From positions 1,600,001 through 1,664,000 of the forward strand of contig CP000070.1 of the NCBI GenBank assembly GCA_000002445.1: a DNA stretch of 64,000 nt, read 5' to 3'. Position numbers and translations under genes: made by a program. The stretch comes from Trypanosoma brucei. Lineage: Eukaryota. Below the pieces are notes generated by a model. The model was not told the DNA's origin, ran no database searches, and was given only the letters and a program-made list of their open reading frames with translations. Shown one piece after another: positions 1-12,049 of this stretch. Position 1 is the first letter of the stretch, and the number at the start of each line of letters is the position of its first letter.

Positions 1-1050
1 ATGTGGCGTTTCATCTATGGTTTCGTCCTTCTTTTGATTCTTGTTGTGTTCCTCCCCCTGCAGGGAGCGCTCGTAGCGTATCTCAAACTCGGAAGCAACT
101 TCAAGGTGGGGTTTGCTGTGACAGTTATTGTGTTGACCGCAATATTCCCTTTTATGGCATTCCCACTTACTACCTTCGACGGAAAACGCCCACATGACGA
201 TTCTGATGGTGAGGTGGATGATAAAGAGGAAATGAGTGAAGAGCCCTTCCCTGTGGAAGATAAGGTAGTTGAGACTGATGTCGACTATATTGCTCCACAG
301 TTCCAGGAAACATTTATCGAAGGATTGAAAACAGCACGGTTATGGTGCCTACTCTCGTCAGTCTTTTGTTGCGTTGGTGGCAGCTTCGTCGTTGTGTTTA
401 ACTCTCGTTTCCTGTACACGGCGCTCGCGGGCGAGCCTCCGAGTACTAATGTTGGTATTCTTCTTTCCGTGTTGGGCGCCTTGGGTAGTGCTGTAGGCAG
501 GCTGTTAACGAGCGGTGTAGAAATCTGGTCGCAGAAGCGCCGTGCTGAAGATCGCGTCCCCATCACCATTGCGCTGTTTATCCCTTCGGTTTGTATCATC
601 ACCATGTTGACACTCTTCCTCACTCTCCCGAAGGCTGCATTACCTTTGCCACATTTTTTGGCGGCAGTGGCAGATGGTTTTATGGCTACAACAACACCTC
701 TCGTCGCCCGCACAATATTCGCCAAGGATCCTGCAAAGCATTACAACTTCTGCTTCCTTGGCTCCGTGCTTTCAGCCATCTTCCTTAATCGTCTACTGTA
801 CGGTGAGTGGTACACGCAACAAGCCGATAAGTTGGGTCAGGATGTTTGCACCGAGCGTGTTTGTGTGGTGATGCCGCTTGCATTCTTACTTGGTTTATCT
901 TTCTTGGCATTCATCACCAGCACCTACGTGCATCTGCAGTACCGAAATCTTTGTTTGAAAGCTCTTGAAGAACGTCAGCGTGTTAAGGAACAGCATCGTG
1001 CATCAAAGGATGATTCTCGTGTTTCTACGGAACCGATAGGTGTAATTTAA
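1..1050 (+). CDS. C-terminal ~350 aa of an MFS/PAD-like transporter, 5'-truncated by the window edge; a third isoform with its own C-terminal tail (…EERQRVKEQHRASKDDSRVSTEPIGVI)
   Basis: ORF aligns residue for residue with the C-terminal half of the 585-aa copies at 5826 and 12050 (MWRFIYGFVLL…LQYRNLCLKALEE) but has distinct substitutions and tail. The hydrophobic TM-helix pattern is retained. The apparent ATG at position 1 is an internal Met of the full-length protein. Confidence 0.8.
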   Translation: MWRFIYGFVLLLILVVFLPLQGALVAYLKLGSNFKVGFAVTVIVLTAIFPFMAFPLTTFDGKRPHDDSDGEVDDKEEMSEEPFPVEDKVVETDVDYIAPQFQETFIEGLKTARLWCLLSSVFCCVGGSFVVVFNSRFLYTALAGEPPSTNVGILLSVLGALGSAVGRLLTSGVEIWSQKRRAEDRVPITIALFIPSVCIITMLTLFLTLPKAALPLPHFLAAVADGFMATTTPLVARTIFAKDPAKHYNFCFLGSVLSAIFLNRLLYGEWYTQQADKLGQDVCTERVCVVMPLAFLLGLSFLAFITSTYVHLQYRNLCLKALEERQRVKEQHRASKDDSRVSTEPIGVI

Positions 1051-2410
1051 GGCTGTTGAATATTTTGAATGTGTTATTTCTGACGGTTTAACTTTACTTC
1101 GTAGCAGTGAGGTTTCCTATTTTATTTTATTTTGTTTCCTCGTTTGCGATAATGCTGCACGCTTCGTTACAGGGCGGGCATGTATGTCCTCCATTTTCAA
1201 ATTTTTTAGTGTAAGAGCTGAAGTATTTTTTTTTCTTTTTAATACATTTATCTATTAAGTGGATAAACCCATCACATTTGTTTTGGTTGTGTTAAATCAC
1301 CTGTTATTATCAGGACTAAATAGTGTGAAACAATCATATAATACTACAATGCAATATAAGAGTGATGCGTTCCATTTGTTTTTAGATATAAACATGTAAC
1401 CTTGACACGTTTAAGACCGCAAAATACGCGGCCTAATAATAATCGTACCATTAATGTACTATTGGTGAAGACACTGAACGTCATTAGCATTCGATATAAT
1501 TTACAACACCAAAAAAACACAGAACACTTTTAAGGTAAACCTCACCCTCGAACCGCCTTAGCGTTTTCATTTTTGCATATGGGTTTACCCAGCGTGAGAT
1601 GTCCAGCAGCAGGCAGGCACATACACACGCAGCAAATAGTGGTTTCACTGCTGTTTATCTTCTGTTGGGTTTAAAAAACTCGCAATCTGAGCACCTTTCT
1701 GTTCGAGGGCTGACGATATTACTCCCCCGCTTCGGAGCTAAGGTTTCTTTGGCAGGTTGTCTTTCGCCCGCCCTCCTAAATTGTGTTGTCTTTTTGGGAA
1801 AACGGCAATAACTTTCAGATACCTTTGTTACTTATTTGTGTGTGACCCTCCCTGCCTCGTTGTGTGCGCAGGTGGGATGCCACCACTCGTCACTTCCGAC
1901 TTAACTCCTCTGCATAATACAGAAAAAGCTATTGATCTTTCCTTACATTTTCTCGTGTTGGAAGGTTTGTTGCGCGGTTGGTCAAGCATACATATATACG
2001 GATGGACGATGGTAAGGGAACAAATACCCGGTGACCTTTCATTATACTCAGTATATAAAGAATGTTTTCTTATGGCCAACTAGCTATCAGCTGATGGGAA
2101 CCATTCCAGTTTGTATAGTTGTGCGAACAATAAATAGATGCTACAGTAGTAGTCTTCAACATAACTATGGCATATTTAGTAACACATCATAGCTACGTAA
2201 GGCAGTGTGAAACTTTAAATACTTGGAGGCCTATTGGAGGTTGTAACAAGAAACAACATCGCCTATGATATGTGTACCTCCACAAATGACGGTAAATACC
2301 TACTTAAAAGGCTGTTCTGTGGAATCATCGGACCAAACATCGAGATGGAGTTATTCACTAAACACAGAAAAAAGCGATCATCTTACCTTTATACACATGA
2401 CACTGGTAGC

Positions 2411-2468
2411 TACTCCCATTATTACTTCTTTTCATTTGCAACCTACGTTATTATCCCCTCACATCCTC
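2411..2468 (+). promoter_or_regulatory. Putative polypyrimidine tract / spliced-leader trans-splice acceptor region for the transporter gene at 2583; the same element recurs before 5826 and 12050
   Basis: A C/T-rich run followed by AG dinucleotides ~110-170 nt upstream of the ATG. The last ~60 nt before every transporter ATG are conserved (…cacactgggtgaaacatc[a/g]ggaggaatacaactgagcgtactgtacaaaacattgccATG). Kinetoplastid mRNAs are processed by trans-splicing guided by such tracts. Confidence 0.3.
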
Positions 2469-2582
2469 AAAGCTTTCAAATACATAAGATAAACACATTT
2501 ATAAGAGCAACCACCATCACCACAGCACACTGGGTGAAACATCAGGAGGAATACAACTGAGCGTACTGTACAAAACATTGCC

Positions 2583-4379
2583 ATGAGCGCACCCGTCGAC
2601 AACGTCGTGGTGGAGCGGCTCTCTACAGCCAACCAAAAACCGGTCAGTGAGCCCCGCCGTTTCCTCATGCTCGTCATTGGAGTCTCATGTTCCATGTGCA
2701 CATCCTTCATGTATGCCTTCAATCTTATATCTGGAGCAATGCAGGAACGTTACGACCTCACACAGCGAGATCTCTCCACCATCACTACTGTTGGCATCTG
2801 TGTCGGATATTTCATGCTGCCTTATGGTTTCATCTATGACTATCTGGGGCCGAGACCTGTATTTGTAATATCAATGACAGTTTTCTGCCTGGGTACGTTG
2901 CTTCTCGCACTGACATTCCAAGAAGTGATTGAAGGATCTGTTGTGAGACTCAGTGTCTACAACGCCCTCATGATGCTCGGCTGCACACTCTTTGATTTGG
3001 GAGCCCTTGTGACAGTACTCAGCGTGTTTCCATCCAACCGTGGCATTGTTGTGGCTACTATGAAGACTACCACCGGACTTGGTTCCGCAATCCTCGGTAG
3101 CATTCGCCTTGCATTCTTCAGCGGCAACACCTCTGCTTATTTCTACTTCCTCATGTCGTGGGCCCTGGCCGCTGGCATCTTGGCTCTTACGTTCGTCCGG
3201 CTACCGCCATTCCATTTGACGGGCTATCAGGAAAAGCACCTTGATGAAGAAGAGAAGGCACAGCTTCGCATGACCAAGACCGTGTACCTGAAGCAGAAGG
3301 CACCCATGTGGCGTTTCGTTCATGGTTTCGCCATTCTCGTAACCCTCATTGTGTTCCTCCCCCTGCAGGGATCTCTTGTAGCGTATCTCAAACTCGGAAG
3401 CAACTTCAAGGTGGGGTTTGCACTCGTTGTTATCGCGTTGATCGTAATATTCCCTTTTATGGCATTCCCACTTACTACCTTCGACGGCAAGCGCCCACAT
3501 GACGATTCTGACAGCAAAGCCAAAGAACACGTTGGAGCAGGTGATGAAATTTCCGCGGCGGAAGATAAGGTAGTTGAGACTGATGTCGACTATATTGCTC
3601 CACAGTTCCAGGAAACATTTATCGCAGGATTGAAAACCGCACGGTTATGGTGCCTACTGTGGTCAGCTTTCTGTTGTCTTGGAGCCAATTATGTCATAAT
3701 TTACAATGCCCGTTTTTTTTACACGGCACTGGCGGGTGAGGCCCCTGAAGACGCGCTAAACACCCTCCTTACTGTTCTAAATGGTGCCGGTAGTGCCGTA
3801 GGACGACTTTGTATGGGCTACTTCGAAATCTGGTCGCAGAAGCGGCCTGCTGCTGACCGTATTCCGATCACCGCCGCTCTTTACGTTCCTTCGGTTTGTA
3901 TCATCACCATGTTGACACTCTTCCTCACTCTCCCGAAGGCTGCATTACCTTTACCATACTTCATCGTGGCGTTCTCAAATGGTTTCACAGCGGCTACGAT
4001 GGCACTCGTAACACGCACAATATTCGCCAAGGATCCTGCAAAGCATTACAACTTCTGCTTTATAGGTTCTATCATGTCAGCCATCTTCCTTAATCGTCTA
4101 CTGTACGGTGAGTGGTACACGCAACAAGCCGATAAGTTGGGTCAGGATGTTTGCACCGAGCGTGTTTGTGTGGTGATGCCGCTTGCATTTATGTTAGGTC
4201 TCGCCTTTCTTGGTTTTCTTACCACAACGTACTTGCATCTGCAGTACCGCCGCCTTTGCAAGCTTGCGCTTGAGGAACGTCAGCGCATCCGGGAGGAGGA
4301 GCGTGTGCTAAATGAGTTGCCTTCTAACCCTACAGAGCCGACGGGGAATGCCGGTGAACCTGTGCATCAACTCAAGTGA
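2583..4379 (+). CDS. Polytopic membrane transporter, MFS-like, probable PAD (protein associated with differentiation) carboxylate-transporter family, isoform A (598 aa)
   Basis: 598-aa ORF with ~12-14 hydrophobic helices and a cytoplasmic acidic loop (DDSDSKAKEHVGAGDE). It is repeated nearly identically at 8813. Tandem isoform arrays of this kind are established for T. brucei PAD genes. The family name comes from recollection, not from a search. Confidence 0.85.
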   Translation: MSAPVDNVVVERLSTANQKPVSEPRRFLMLVIGVSCSMCTSFMYAFNLISGAMQERYDLTQRDLSTITTVGICVGYFMLPYGFIYDYLGPRPVFVISMTVFCLGTLLLALTFQEVIEGSVVRLSVYNALMMLGCTLFDLGALVTVLSVFPSNRGIVVATMKTTTGLGSAILGSIRLAFFSGNTSAYFYFLMSWALAAGILALTFVRLPPFHLTGYQEKHLDEEEKAQLRMTKTVYLKQKAPMWRFVHGFAILVTLIVFLPLQGSLVAYLKLGSNFKVGFALVVIALIVIFPFMAFPLTTFDGKRPHDDSDSKAKEHVGAGDEISAAEDKVVETDVDYIAPQFQETFIAGLKTARLWCLLWSAFCCLGANYVIIYNARFFYTALAGEAPEDALNTLLTVLNGAGSAVGRLCMGYFEIWSQKRPAADRIPITAALYVPSVCIITMLTLFLTLPKAALPLPYFIVAFSNGFTAATMALVTRTIFAKDPAKHYNFCFIGSIMSAIFLNRLLYGEWYTQQADKLGQDVCTERVCVVMPLAFMLGLAFLGFLTTTYLHLQYRRLCKLALEERQRIREEERVLNELPSNPTEPTGNAGEPVHQLK

Positions 4380-5825
4380 GTATGGAAGTTACTCGATTTT
4401 AAGCTGTGAGGTAATTTAAAAAAAACGTGTTTATTTGTTATTTTTTTTTTTGCGTGTACAAAACGCCTTTAGTGTCTTGTGGTAATATCTTGTATGTCTT
4501 AATTATGCTAATATACTAAAAACCGTATTTCTTGTTCTTACCCACTGCGGGAAGTGGACACTTGGATTAACAGTATCATAAGACAGAACTCTCTTTTTGA
4601 TCCATGGTAAACTTCCCGCTACATTCTCTCATTTTCTCCGGGTGTGTTTGTAGGGATTTTTTTACAATTCTATCCTCTATTTTTTTTTTTTAATGCGATA
4701 CTGACTTTACCTTTTGTTAACAAAAATTGGTTTGTTTATTCCCTGCTTTTTTTTCGTTTCTAATGTTGTCGTAATATTTTATTTACAATTATTTCTTAAT
4801 CTAATATATTTATTTTTGCATATGGGTTTACCCAGCGTGAGATGTCCAGCAGCAGGCAGGCACGTACACACGCAGCAAATAGTGGTTTCACTGCTGTTTA
4901 TCTTCTGTTGGGTTTAAAAAACTCGCAATCTGAGCACCTTTCTGTTCGAGGGCTGACGATATTACTCCCCTGCTTCGGAGCTAAGGTTTCTTTGGCAGGT
5001 TGTCTTTCGCCCGCCCTCCTAAATTGTGTTGTCTTTTTGGGAAAACGGCAATAACTTTCAGATACCTTTATTACTTATTTGTTTGTCACCCTCCCTGCCT
5101 CGTTGTGTGCGCAGGTGGGATGCCACCACTCGTCACTTCCGACTTAACTCCTCTGCATAATACAGAAAAAGCTATTGATCTTTCCTTACATTTTCTCGTG
5201 TTGGAAGGTTTGTTGCGCGGTTGGTCAAGCATACATATATACGGATGGACGATGGTAAGGGAACAAATACCCGGTGACCTTTCATTATACTCAGTATATA
5301 AAGAATGTTTTCTTATGGCCAACTAGCTATCAGCTGATGGGAACCATTCCAGTTTGTATAGTTGTGCGAACAATAAATAGATGCTACAGTAGTAGTCTTC
5401 AACATAGCTATGGCATATTTAGTAACACATCATAGCTACGCAAGGCAGTGTGAAACTTTAAATACTTGGAGGCCTATTGGAGGTTGTAACAAGAAACAAC
5501 ATCGCCTATGATATGTGTACCTCCACAAATGACGGTAAATACCTACTTAAAAGGCTGTTCTGTGGAATCATCGGACCAAACATCGAGATGGAGTTATTCA
5601 CTAAACACAGAAAAAAGCGATCATCTTACCTTTATACACATGACACTGGTAGCTACTCCCATTATTACTTCTTTTCATTTGCAACCTACGTTATTATCCC
5701 CTCACATCCTCAAAGCTTTCAAATACATAAGATAAACACATTTATAAGAGCAACCACCATCACCACAGCACACTGGGTGAAACATCAGGAGGAATACAAC
5801 TGAGCGTACTGTACAAAACATTGCC

Positions 5826-7583
5826 ATGAGCGCACCCGTCGACAACGTCGTGGTGGAGCGGCTCTCTACAGCCAACCAAAAACCCATCAACGAGCCCCGC
5901 CGCTTTGCGCTGTTGGTTCTTGGCGCCTTTTGTTCCATGTGTACGTCCTTTCTCTATGCCTTCAATCTCGTATCTGGAGCAATGCAAGCGCGCTACAACC
6001 TCACACAGCGAGATCTCTCCACCATCACTACTGTTGGTATCGCAGTTGGATATTTCTTGCTGCCCTACAGCTTCATCTATGACTATCTGGGGCCGAGACC
6101 CATATTTATGCTCTCAGTAACGGTGTTCTGCCTGGGTACGTTGCTTCTCGCACTGACATTCCAAGAAGTGATTGAAGGATCTGTTGTGAGACTCAGTGTC
6201 TACAATGGTCTCATGACATTGGGATGTATGTTGTTTGACTTAGGCGGTGTGGTGACAGTACTCAGCGTGTTTCCATCCAACCGTGGTGCCATTGTGGCTA
6301 TCATGAAGAGCTTTGCAGGACTTGGTTCCGCAATCCTAGGCAGTATTCAGTTGGCCTTCTTCAGTGACAGGCCAGATATATATTTCTTTTCTATCATGTC
6401 GTTTGCCCTAACGGTTGGTATCCTCGGCATTGTATTCATGCGTCTGCCACCATTCCATTTGACGGGCTATCAGGAAAAGCACCTTGATGAAGAAGAGAAG
6501 GCACAGAGGCTTGCGCGCAAGGGTGTGTACCTGAAGCAGAAGGCACCCATGTGGCGTTTCATCTATGGTTTCGTCCTTCTCATCATCCTCATTTTCTTCC
6601 TCCCCCTGCAGGGAGCGCTCGTAGCGTATCTCAAACTCGGAAGCAACTTCAAGGTGGGGTTTGCTGTGACAGTTATTGTGTTGACCGCAATATTCCCTTT
6701 TATGGCATTCCCACTTACTACCTTCGACGGAAAACGCCCACATGACGATTCTGATGGTGAGGTGGATGATAAAGAGGAAATGAGTGAAGAGCCCTTCCCT
6801 GTGGAAGATAAGGTAGTTGAGACTGATGTCGACTATATTGCTCCACAGTTCCAGGAAACATTTTTCGAGAGCCTGAAAACAGCACGGTTATGGTGCCTAC
6901 TGTGGTCAATTTTCTGTTGCGTTGGTGCCGAGTTTGTCATCATTTTTAATGCCCGATTTGTATACACGGCACTTGCGGGTGAGGTCCCCGACGACGCGCT
7001 AAACACCCTCCTTACTGTTCTAAATGGTGTGGGTAGTGCTGTAGGACGACTTTGTATGAGTTACTTCGAAATCTGGTCGCAGAAGCGCCGTGCTGAAGAT
7101 CGCGTCCCCATCACCATTGCGCTGTTTATCCCTTCGGTTTGTATCATCACCATGTTGACACTCTTCCTCACTCTCCCGAAGGCTGCATTACCTTTACCAT
7201 ACTTCATCGCAGCAACAGCCAACGGCTTTATGGCCACAACCATCGCCCTCGTCGCCCGCACAATATTCGCCAAGGATCCTGCAAAGCATTATGATTTCTG
7301 CTTTCTTGGTTCAATGCTTTCAGCCATCTTCCTTAATCGTCTACTGTACGGTGAGTGGTACACGCAACAAGCCGATAAGTTGGGTCAGGATGTTTGCACC
7401 GAGCGTGTTTGTGTGGTGATGCCGCTTGCATTCTTACTTGGTTTATCTTTCTTGGCATTCATCACCAGCACCTACGTGCATCTGCAGTACCGAAATCTTT
7501 GTTTGAAGGCCCTTGAAGAACGTCGGCGCATCAGAGAAGGCGAAGAGGCATTAAATGATGAGTCACTGTCCCACACAGAATAG
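5826..7583 (+). CDS. MFS/PAD-like transporter, isoform B (585 aa); distinct loop (DDSDGEVDDKEEMSEEPFPVED) and C-terminal tail (…REGEEALNDESLSHTE)
   Basis: 585-aa ORF, ~80% identical to isoform A, with conserved TM cores. An identical copy lies at 12050. Confidence 0.85.
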   Translation: MSAPVDNVVVERLSTANQKPINEPRRFALLVLGAFCSMCTSFLYAFNLVSGAMQARYNLTQRDLSTITTVGIAVGYFLLPYSFIYDYLGPRPIFMLSVTVFCLGTLLLALTFQEVIEGSVVRLSVYNGLMTLGCMLFDLGGVVTVLSVFPSNRGAIVAIMKSFAGLGSAILGSIQLAFFSDRPDIYFFSIMSFALTVGILGIVFMRLPPFHLTGYQEKHLDEEEKAQRLARKGVYLKQKAPMWRFIYGFVLLIILIFFLPLQGALVAYLKLGSNFKVGFAVTVIVLTAIFPFMAFPLTTFDGKRPHDDSDGEVDDKEEMSEEPFPVEDKVVETDVDYIAPQFQETFFESLKTARLWCLLWSIFCCVGAEFVIIFNARFVYTALAGEVPDDALNTLLTVLNGVGSAVGRLCMSYFEIWSQKRRAEDRVPITIALFIPSVCIITMLTLFLTLPKAALPLPYFIAATANGFMATTIALVARTIFAKDPAKHYDFCFLGSMLSAIFLNRLLYGEWYTQQADKLGQDVCTERVCVVMPLAFLLGLSFLAFITSTYVHLQYRNLCLKALEERRRIREGEEALNDESLSHTE

Positions 7584-8115
7584 GCTGCCGATGTCAGTTT
7601 GGCCTTTGGTAAGTAAATTATGTGCTTTGCTTTGATTTATAACATTCATAAGGTTTGTAAAAGTGCTGGTCAGCTAAATTTTCTTTACACCAATTTTACA
7701 TTGTGAGCCCTTCCCTTAATATTTTTCCTTCACAATTCCATCCCATCATTTTCGTTGTTTTGTGTTAACATCTGCCTGTGACTCATCAGGTAAATACTGA
7801 TCTTTTCCCCTTTTGGTTAACTTTTATTATTATTATTTTTTAATGTGTTCGTCCATATTTGTGGTCTTATGATAATGCGTACGACAATATAAGCCGCTGA
7901 TATGAGTGAGGGAACGTTATGCAGCGTACTCGGTAGACTCCAAGTACTGTAATTTACTTCCCTTTCAAGTGGTTCGTACGAATAATTTGTGTCACGGCAT
8001 CTTATTCATTTTTGTTTTCAGATATTAATAATTCCACGAGTATCTTTCTGCCGCTCTGTAATGCTCTTTTGTTTTCTCTTAATAAGCTGTTGGTTGTCAT
8101 TTTCGTTTACGTACC

Positions 8116-8118
<3 letters not shown>

Positions 8119-8146
<28 letters not shown>
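8119..8146. repeat. (AT)14 microsatellite in the B-to-A intergenic region
   Basis: Direct read. The paralogous position in the duplicated unit (14343-14358) has (AT)8. Confidence 0.95.
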
Positions 8147-8150
<4 letters not shown>

Positions 8151-8812
8151 ACTCATGTGTACCTATTTTACACTATAATGAAAAATGCAACGGTGTGACA
8201 TATATCACACATAGCCAACAAAACATTTTCGGCACATATAACCTCTTTAAAGAGAATAAAACATTTAAAAATAAGTACACGAAGACTATATGCGGGGACC
8301 CTACGGCGCACCAGCGTAACTACAGTATTGACAATATATTATCAACTGCCACTCTTCACCCGCGGAAACACCATGTAATCCTTTTCTTCTTGCGGTGGGA
8401 GAGAGGAGAGTGCAGAACAACACAGGCACCCCAACACCGTTGATCCGTAGTGCTACCTATCTCGTCTTCATATCTTTACTGCTTGTTATAATTTTGTCTT
8501 TTTTACCTTTTTTTTTCGGCTGCGCTGTCACGGTTTTATAAATGTCCATTGCAAAATAGTTGCTCTCAAGACACACATCAATAGCATTATATCCGCCCAA
8601 TACCTCTTCTTTCATTCTCCCAAAACTTAATGCTTTCATTTCTCCCTTTTTGACTTATTGAACCTTTGAACAATACCACAGACTAACAGCAATAAACAAG
8701 CACACAGTCACGTAAAGGAACCTAACATTTTAGGGAAACAAAAATTATCTGGCAGCACACTGGGTGAAACATCGGGAGGAATACAACTGAGCGTACTGTA
8801 CAAAACATTGCC

Positions 8813-10609
8813 ATGAGCGCACCCGTCGACAACGTCGTGGTGGAGCGGCTCTCTACAGCCAACCAAAAACCGGTCAGTGAGCCCCGCCGTTTCCTCATGC
8901 TCGTCATTGGAGTCTCATGTTCCATGTGTACGTCCTTCATGTATGCCTTCAATCTTATATCTGGAGCAATGCAGGAACGTTACGACCTCACACAGCGAGA
9001 TCTCTCCACCATCACTACTGTTGGCATCTGTGTCGGATATTTCATGCTGCCTTATGGTTTCATCTATGACTATCTGGGGCCGAGACCTGTATTTGTAATA
9101 TCAATGACAGTTTTCTGCCTGGGTACGTTGCTTCTCGCACTGACATTCCAAGAAGTGATTGAAGGATCTGTTGTGAGACTCAGTGTCTACAACGCCCTCA
9201 TGATGCTCGGCTGCACACTCTTTGATTTGGGAGCCCTTGTGACAGTACTCAGCGTGTTTCCATCCAACCGTGGCATTGTTGTGGCTACTATGAAGACTAC
9301 CACCGGACTTGGTTCCGCAATCCTCGGTAGCATTCGCCTTGCATTCTTCAGCGGCAACACCTCTGCTTATTTCTACTTCCTCATGTCGTGGGCCCTGGCC
9401 GCTGGCATCTTGGCTCTTACGTTCGTCCGGCTACCACCATTCCATTTGACGGGCTATCAGGAAAAGCACCTTGATGAAGAAGAGAAGGCACAGCTTCGCA
9501 TGACCAAGACCGTGTACCTGAAGCAGAAGGCACCCATGTGGCGTTTCGTTCATGGTTTCGCCATTCTCGTAACCCTCATTGTGTTCCTCCCCCTGCAGGG
9601 ATCACTTGTAGCGTATCTCAAACTCGGAAGCAACTTCAGGGTGGGGTTTGCACTCGTTGTTATCGCGTTGATCGTAATATTCCCTTTTATGGCATTCCCA
9701 CTTACTACCTTCGACGGCAAACGCCCACATGACGATTCTGACAGCAAAGCCAAAGAACACGTTGGAGCAGGTGATGAAGTTTCCGCGGCGGAAGATAAGG
9801 TAGTTGAGACTGATGTCGACTATATTGCTCCACAGTTCCAGGAAACATTTATCGCAGGATTGAAAACCGCACGGTTATGGTGCCTACTGTGGTCAGCTTT
9901 CTGTTGTCTTGGAGCCAATTATGTCATAATTTACAATGCCCGTTTTTTTTACACGGCACTGGCGGGTGAGGCCCCTGAAGACGCGCTAAACACCCTCCTT
10001 ACTGTTCTAAATGGTGCAGGTAGTGCTGTAGGACGACTTTGTATGGGCTACTTCGAAATCTGGTCGCAGAAGCGGCCTGCTGCTGACCGTATTCCGATCA
10101 CCGCCGCTCTTTACGTTCCTTCGGTTTGTATCATCACCATGTTGACACTCTTCCTCACTCTCCCGAAGGCTGCATTACCTTTACCATACTTCATCGTGGC
10201 GTTCTCAAATGGTTTCACAGCGGCTACGATGGCACTCGTAACACGCACAATATTCGCCAAGGATCCTGCAAAGCATTACAACTTCTGCTTTATAGGTTCT
10301 ATCATGTCAGCCATCTTCCTTAATCGTCTACTGTACGGTGAGTGGTACACGCAACAAGCCGATAAGTTGGGTCAGGATGTTTGCAAGAAGCGTGTTTGTG
10401 TGGTGATGCCGCTTGCATTTATGTTAGGTCTCGCCTTTCTTGGTTTTCTTACCACAACGTACTTGCATCTGCAGTACCGCCGCCTTTGCAAGCTTGCGCT
10501 TGAGGAACGTCAGCGCATCCGGGAGGAGGAGCGTGTGCTAAATGAGCTGCCTTCTAACCCTACAGAGCCGACGGGGAATGCCGGTGAACCTGCGCATCAA
10601 CTCAAGTGA
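8813..10609 (+). CDS. MFS/PAD-like transporter, isoform A copy 2 (598 aa)
   Basis: Differs from the 2583 copy at only a few residues (K/R, I/V, TE/KK, V/A). It is part of a ~6.23-kb two-gene duplication. Confidence 0.85.
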   Translation: MSAPVDNVVVERLSTANQKPVSEPRRFLMLVIGVSCSMCTSFMYAFNLISGAMQERYDLTQRDLSTITTVGICVGYFMLPYGFIYDYLGPRPVFVISMTVFCLGTLLLALTFQEVIEGSVVRLSVYNALMMLGCTLFDLGALVTVLSVFPSNRGIVVATMKTTTGLGSAILGSIRLAFFSGNTSAYFYFLMSWALAAGILALTFVRLPPFHLTGYQEKHLDEEEKAQLRMTKTVYLKQKAPMWRFVHGFAILVTLIVFLPLQGSLVAYLKLGSNFRVGFALVVIALIVIFPFMAFPLTTFDGKRPHDDSDSKAKEHVGAGDEVSAAEDKVVETDVDYIAPQFQETFIAGLKTARLWCLLWSAFCCLGANYVIIYNARFFYTALAGEAPEDALNTLLTVLNGAGSAVGRLCMGYFEIWSQKRPAADRIPITAALYVPSVCIITMLTLFLTLPKAALPLPYFIVAFSNGFTAATMALVTRTIFAKDPAKHYNFCFIGSIMSAIFLNRLLYGEWYTQQADKLGQDVCKKRVCVVMPLAFMLGLAFLGFLTTTYLHLQYRRLCKLALEERQRIREEERVLNELPSNPTEPTGNAGEPAHQLK

Positions 10610-12049
10610 GTATGGAAGTTACTCGATTTTAAGCTGTGAGGTAATTTTAAAAAAACGTGTTTATTTGTTATTTTTTTTTGCGTGTACAAAACGCCTTTAG
10701 TGTCTTGTGGTAATATCTTGTATCTCTTAATTATGCTAATATACTAAAAACCGTATTTCTTGTTCTTACCCACTGCGGGAAGTGGACACTTGGATTAACA
10801 GTATCATAAGACAGAACTCTCTTTTTGATCCATGGTAAACTTCCCGCTACATTCTCTCATTTTCTCCGGGTGTGTTTGTAGGGTTTTTTTATAATTCTAT
10901 CCTCTATTTTTTTTTTATTCGATACTGACTTTACCTTTTGTTAACAAAAATTGGTTTGTTTATTCCCTGCTTTTTTTTCGTTTCTAATGTTGTCGTAATA
11001 TTTTATTTACAATTATTTCTTAATCTAATATATTTATTTTTGCATATGGGTTTACCCAGCGTGAGATGTCCAGCAGCAGGCAGGCACATACACACGCAGC
11101 AAATAGTGGTTTCACTGCTGTTTATCTTCTGTTGGGTTTAAAAAACTCGCAATCTGAGCACCTTTCTGTTCGAGGGCTGACGATATTACTCCCCCGCTTC
11201 GGAGCTAAGGTTTCTTTGGCAGGGTGTCTTTCGCCCGCCCTCCTAAATTGTGTTGTCTTTTTGGGAAAACGGCAATAACTTTCAGATACCTTTATTACTT
11301 ATTTGTTTGTGACCCTCCCCGCCTCGTTGTGTGCGCAGGTGGGATGCCACCACTCGTCACTTCCGACTTAACTCCTCTGCATAATACAGAAAAAGCTATT
11401 GATCTTTCCTTACATTTTCTCGTGTTGGAAGGTTTGTTGCGCGGTTGGTCAAGCATACATATATACGGATGGACGATGGTAAGGGAACAAATACCCGGTG
11501 ACCTTTCATTATACTCAGTATATAAAGAATGTTTTCTTATGGCCAACTAGCTATCAGCTGATGGGAACCATTCCAGTTTGTATAGTTGTGCGAACAATAA
11601 ATAGATGCTACAGTAGTAGTCTTCAACATAACTATGGCATATTTAGTAACACATCATAGCTACGTAAGGCAGTGTGAAACTTTAAATACTTGGAGGCCAA
11701 TTGGAGGTTGTAACAAGGAACAACATCGCCTATGATATGTGTACCTCCACAAATGACGGTAAATACCTACTTAAAAGGCTGTTCTGTGGAATCATCGGAC
11801 CAAACATCGAGATGGAGTTATTCACTAAACACAGAAAAAAGCGATCATCTTACCTTTATACACATGACACTGGTAGCTACTCCCATTATTACTTCTTTTC
11901 ATTTGCAACCTACGTTATTATCCCCTCACATCCTCAAAGCTTTCAAATACATAAGGTAAACACATTTATAAGAGCAACCACCATCACCACAGCACACTGG
12001 GCGAAACATCAGGAGGAATACAACTGAGCGTACTGTACAAAACATTGTC

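Noticed and set aside
3308..3530. Short overlapping ORFs (60-110 aa) on both strands inside the transporter CDSs and their repeats, e.g. MAFRSWFRHS…
   Set aside because: Alternate-frame or antisense artefacts fully nested in well-supported long CDSs; no independent signal.
8012..8443. 143-aa ORF in the B-to-A intergenic region containing the (AT)n tract
   Set aside because: It runs through a microsatellite and AT-rich UTR-like sequence, and its length changes with repeat number (139 aa in the other unit). It is non-coding.
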